IMG/VR virus record: IMGVR_UViG_3300022179_000455
Location: 1-37,205 of that record
DNA: 37,205 bases
Direction: 5' to 3' (one strand)
Source of the DNA: a virus
Taxonomy: Duplodnaviria > Caudoviricetes
Translations under genes and position numbers: made by a program
The notes under the pieces: model-generated
Seen by the model: only the letters and a program-made list of their open reading frames with translations
Database searches by the model: none
Told to the model about the DNA's origin: nothing
Shown here: in pieces, positions 35,494-37,205 of the stretch
How positions within the stretch are numbered: position 1 is the stretch's first letter
Layout of the letters: every line of letters begins with the position of its first letter

Positions 35494-35865
35494 ATGACCA
35501 TGCATCTTCTTCCTGCGTTTGTTACAACAACAAACTCGCGTAAGCGTAAGAGTAAGATGACTGGTAAACAGAAGCTGCAGCAGCTCGCGCATCAGCAGTG
35601 GGTACAGTCTATGACCAAGGGTCAGCGATCCGATAAAAAAGTGCTTGACAAAATGTGGCGTCGCGAGTATACTAATAATATGGTGGTTGATCGTTCTGAC
35701 TACGTTAGCGCTGGTATGACTCCTGGCTCTGCCGCTAAGAACGATCCCAAGGTTTACTCTGGCGAGCGCAAGCTGCTGGGTATTGCTACGATGCACAAGT
35801 CAAACATGGTTCCCGTGTTTGCCAAGTCCGACGCTGAAGATATCGCTAAGATGAGGAGAGGTTAA
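35494..35865 (+). CDS. Hypothetical basic protein
   Basis: C-terminal 'Y.G..LLGIATMHKSN.VPVF....A.DIAKMRR', which I recall as a recurrent T4-like phage pattern. Internal TTGACA-N17-TATACT at 35645-35673. Confidence 0.75.
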   Translation: MTMHLLPAFVTTTNSRKRKSKMTGKQKLQQLAHQQWVQSMTKGQRSDKKVLDKMWRREYTNNMVVDRSDYVSAGMTPGSAAKNDPKVYSGERKLLGIATMHKSNMVPVFAKSDAEDIAKMRRG

Positions 35866-35866
35866 G

Positions 35867-36040
35867 ATGGATTATATCTCTATTCAAGCCCAAGATCTGA
35901 GTGGCGTGTGGCGTACGTATCGCAACGTGCAAAATAACTCGCAGCGTATCCTGTCTGAAATGCAGGATCTCCAGCGCCAGTTCCCTAATTTTCGAATTCG
36001 TGCCGTCGATGCTGACGGACGAGTAGTTGACATACTCTGA
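35867..36040 (+). CDS. Small hypothetical protein (57 aa)
   Basis: Not in the ORF track. MDYISIQAQDLSGVWRTYRNVQNNSQRILSEMQDLQRQFPNFRIRAVDADGRVVDIL. GAGGAGAGG RBS. Confidence 0.75.
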   Translation: MDYISIQAQDLSGVWRTYRNVQNNSQRILSEMQDLQRQFPNFRIRAVDADGRVVDIL

Positions 36041-36098
36041 CAGCTGTCAACTTATTTTGTAATGTAGCAGATGGTCTGTTACAATATTCTATGGAGAA

Positions 36099-36365
36099 GT
36101 GAAGCATATGACTAAGACGAATCAGGTTCTCGCTGCCCTCAAGTCTGGCGAGCAGCTCACCGCCAATCAGATCGCCGCTCGTTACAGCGTCGGCAATCCG
36201 CACGAGGTTATCCGTTCTCTTCGCGAGAAGGGCTATGCGATCTACCTTAACGAGTGCACCAACTCTCGTGGTGAGACCACGCAGAAGTATCGCCTCGGCA
36301 AGCCTTCGCGTAAGATGGTTGCTGCTGCTTATTCAGTATTCGGCAACGCTGCCTTCGCTGGCTAA
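36099..36365 (+). CDS. Winged helix-turn-helix DNA-binding protein
   Basis: 'VLAALKSGEQLTANQIAARYSVGNPHEVIRSLREKGYAI...KYRLG'. Promoter-like TTGTAA-N17-TACAAT at 36057-36085. Confidence 0.75.
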   Translation: MKHMTKTNQVLAALKSGEQLTANQIAARYSVGNPHEVIRSLREKGYAIYLNECTNSRGETTQKYRLGKPSRKMVAAAYSVFGNAAFAG

Positions 36366-36372
36366 TTAAATT

Positions 36373-36413
36373 TGTGGAGAGGGGTTGACTTTTATCCCTC
36401 TCCGCACTATACT
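36373..36413 (+). promoter_or_regulatory. Hairpin-embedded promoter TTGACT-N17-TATACT for the tRNA cluster
   Basis: 13-bp stem (36373-36385 with 36394-36406) with the -35 element in its loop. The -10 element is at 36408-36413. Confidence 0.7.
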
Positions 36414-36462
36414 AAATACTTCGCTGTTTGACAATAGATCAAAGTTGAAATGACCGTAAAGG

Positions 36463-36573
36463 TTGTTTCTTCATGGATACGCCAAGGCATTGATCGTGCC
36501 TCGCTCTGGCAGCAGCTACACCTTTGGTGTGGTGGACGGCTTCAACACCGTTGGCGTATCTTTGAAGAAACAA
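36463..36573 (+). ncRNA. Candidate structured ncRNA (long closing stem with multibranch loop)
   Basis: 36463-36485 pairs with 36551-36573 (21 Watson-Crick pairs, one G-U, one mismatch). Internal hairpins GGCA/TGCC, CTACACC/GGTGTGG and CGG/CCG. Confidence 0.55.
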
Positions 36574-36576
36574 TTT

Positions 36577-36653
<77 letters not shown>

Positions 36654-36909
36654 TTATACGTTCTTCTTCTTATTCTGTTCGGAAGATAGAGCTTGGAATG
36701 AGCAGAACGGGGTATGAGTCCCAAGAACAGTCCAAATTTATACGTGCACCGCAAGACACAATTACGCTGAAAAGGATTTAGTCACCCGAGTAGAGCGTAT
36801 GGAAACTTGTGCCTCTGGGTGTAACAGTGACTCGTTACATTCGTTAGAGACAGAGGGCGCTGTTACCGAGCAGCTGGCGAGATGGGAGGACCATCATCGG
36901 TAATTATTT

Positions 36910-36984
36910 TCCCTCATGGCGCAGCGGTAGCGCAGTTGACTGTTAATCAATTGGTCGGTGGTTCGAATCCATCTGAGGGAGCCA
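36910..36984 (+). tRNA. tRNA-Asn (GTT)
   Basis: Acceptor TCCCTCA/TGAGGGA-G-CCA, anticodon arm GTTGA-CTGTTAA-TCAAT, T-loop TTCGAAT. Confidence 0.96.
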
Positions 36985-37111
36985 GAACGAGCCCTTTAGC
37001 GTTGAAACAGACTAGGGTGATGGTAAATGATTCTCTCCTATCCTGCAGGACTAATAGGAGACGCTTAAATAGCCATCCGTCGCCAGACTACGATAGTGTC
37101 TGGAGCTTTTC

Positions 37112-37187
37112 GCGGGATTAGCTCAGTGGTAGTAGCGTCTGCTTTACACGCAGAATGTCGGGAGTTCGACCCTCTCATCCCGCACCA
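37112..37187 (+). tRNA. tRNA-Val (TAC)
   Basis: Acceptor GCGGGAT/ATCCCGC-A-CCA, anticodon arm TCTGC-TTTACAC-GCAGA, T-loop TTCGACC. Confidence 0.96.
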
Positions 37188-37205
37188 GTTTGCCAGCAAT
37201 AGAGT

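Overview
The window is 37.2 kb of a T4-like myovirus genome. Its layout matches the 'exo-T-even' cyanophage/alphaproteobacterial-phage type, with no gp24 after gp23. Left to right it holds: (1) a minus-strand HldE/RfaE-type heptose kinase and a cupin gene; (2) a Cys-enriched tail fibre with an S74 chaperone domain, followed by the late structural block gp13-gp23 and gp3 under TATAAATA late promoters; (3) uvsY, uvsW, gp55, gp47 and gp46; (4) accessory genes (peptide deformylase, DenV-like glycosylase, MazG-like NTP-PPase); (5) a promoter-led DNA-hypermodification cluster at 25.4-30.5 kb; (6) gp45, gp44, gp62 and regA; (7) a promoter-dense array of small early ORFs; (8) a tRNA cluster (Pro, Asn, Val) interleaved with unexplained structured RNAs. 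The hypermodification cluster is the most interesting element. It encodes a TET/JBP 2OG-Fe(II) oxygenase, a SAM-methyltransferase-like protein, an aGPT-Pplase2-like amino acid:DNA transferase, a P-loop kinase, a DUF3310-like protein and a GT-A glycosyltransferase. Three of these enzymes end in sliding-clamp-binding-like peptides. By manual scan CCGG is absent from the window and GGCC is nearly absent. All family calls rest on motif recognition and synteny, not on database searches.
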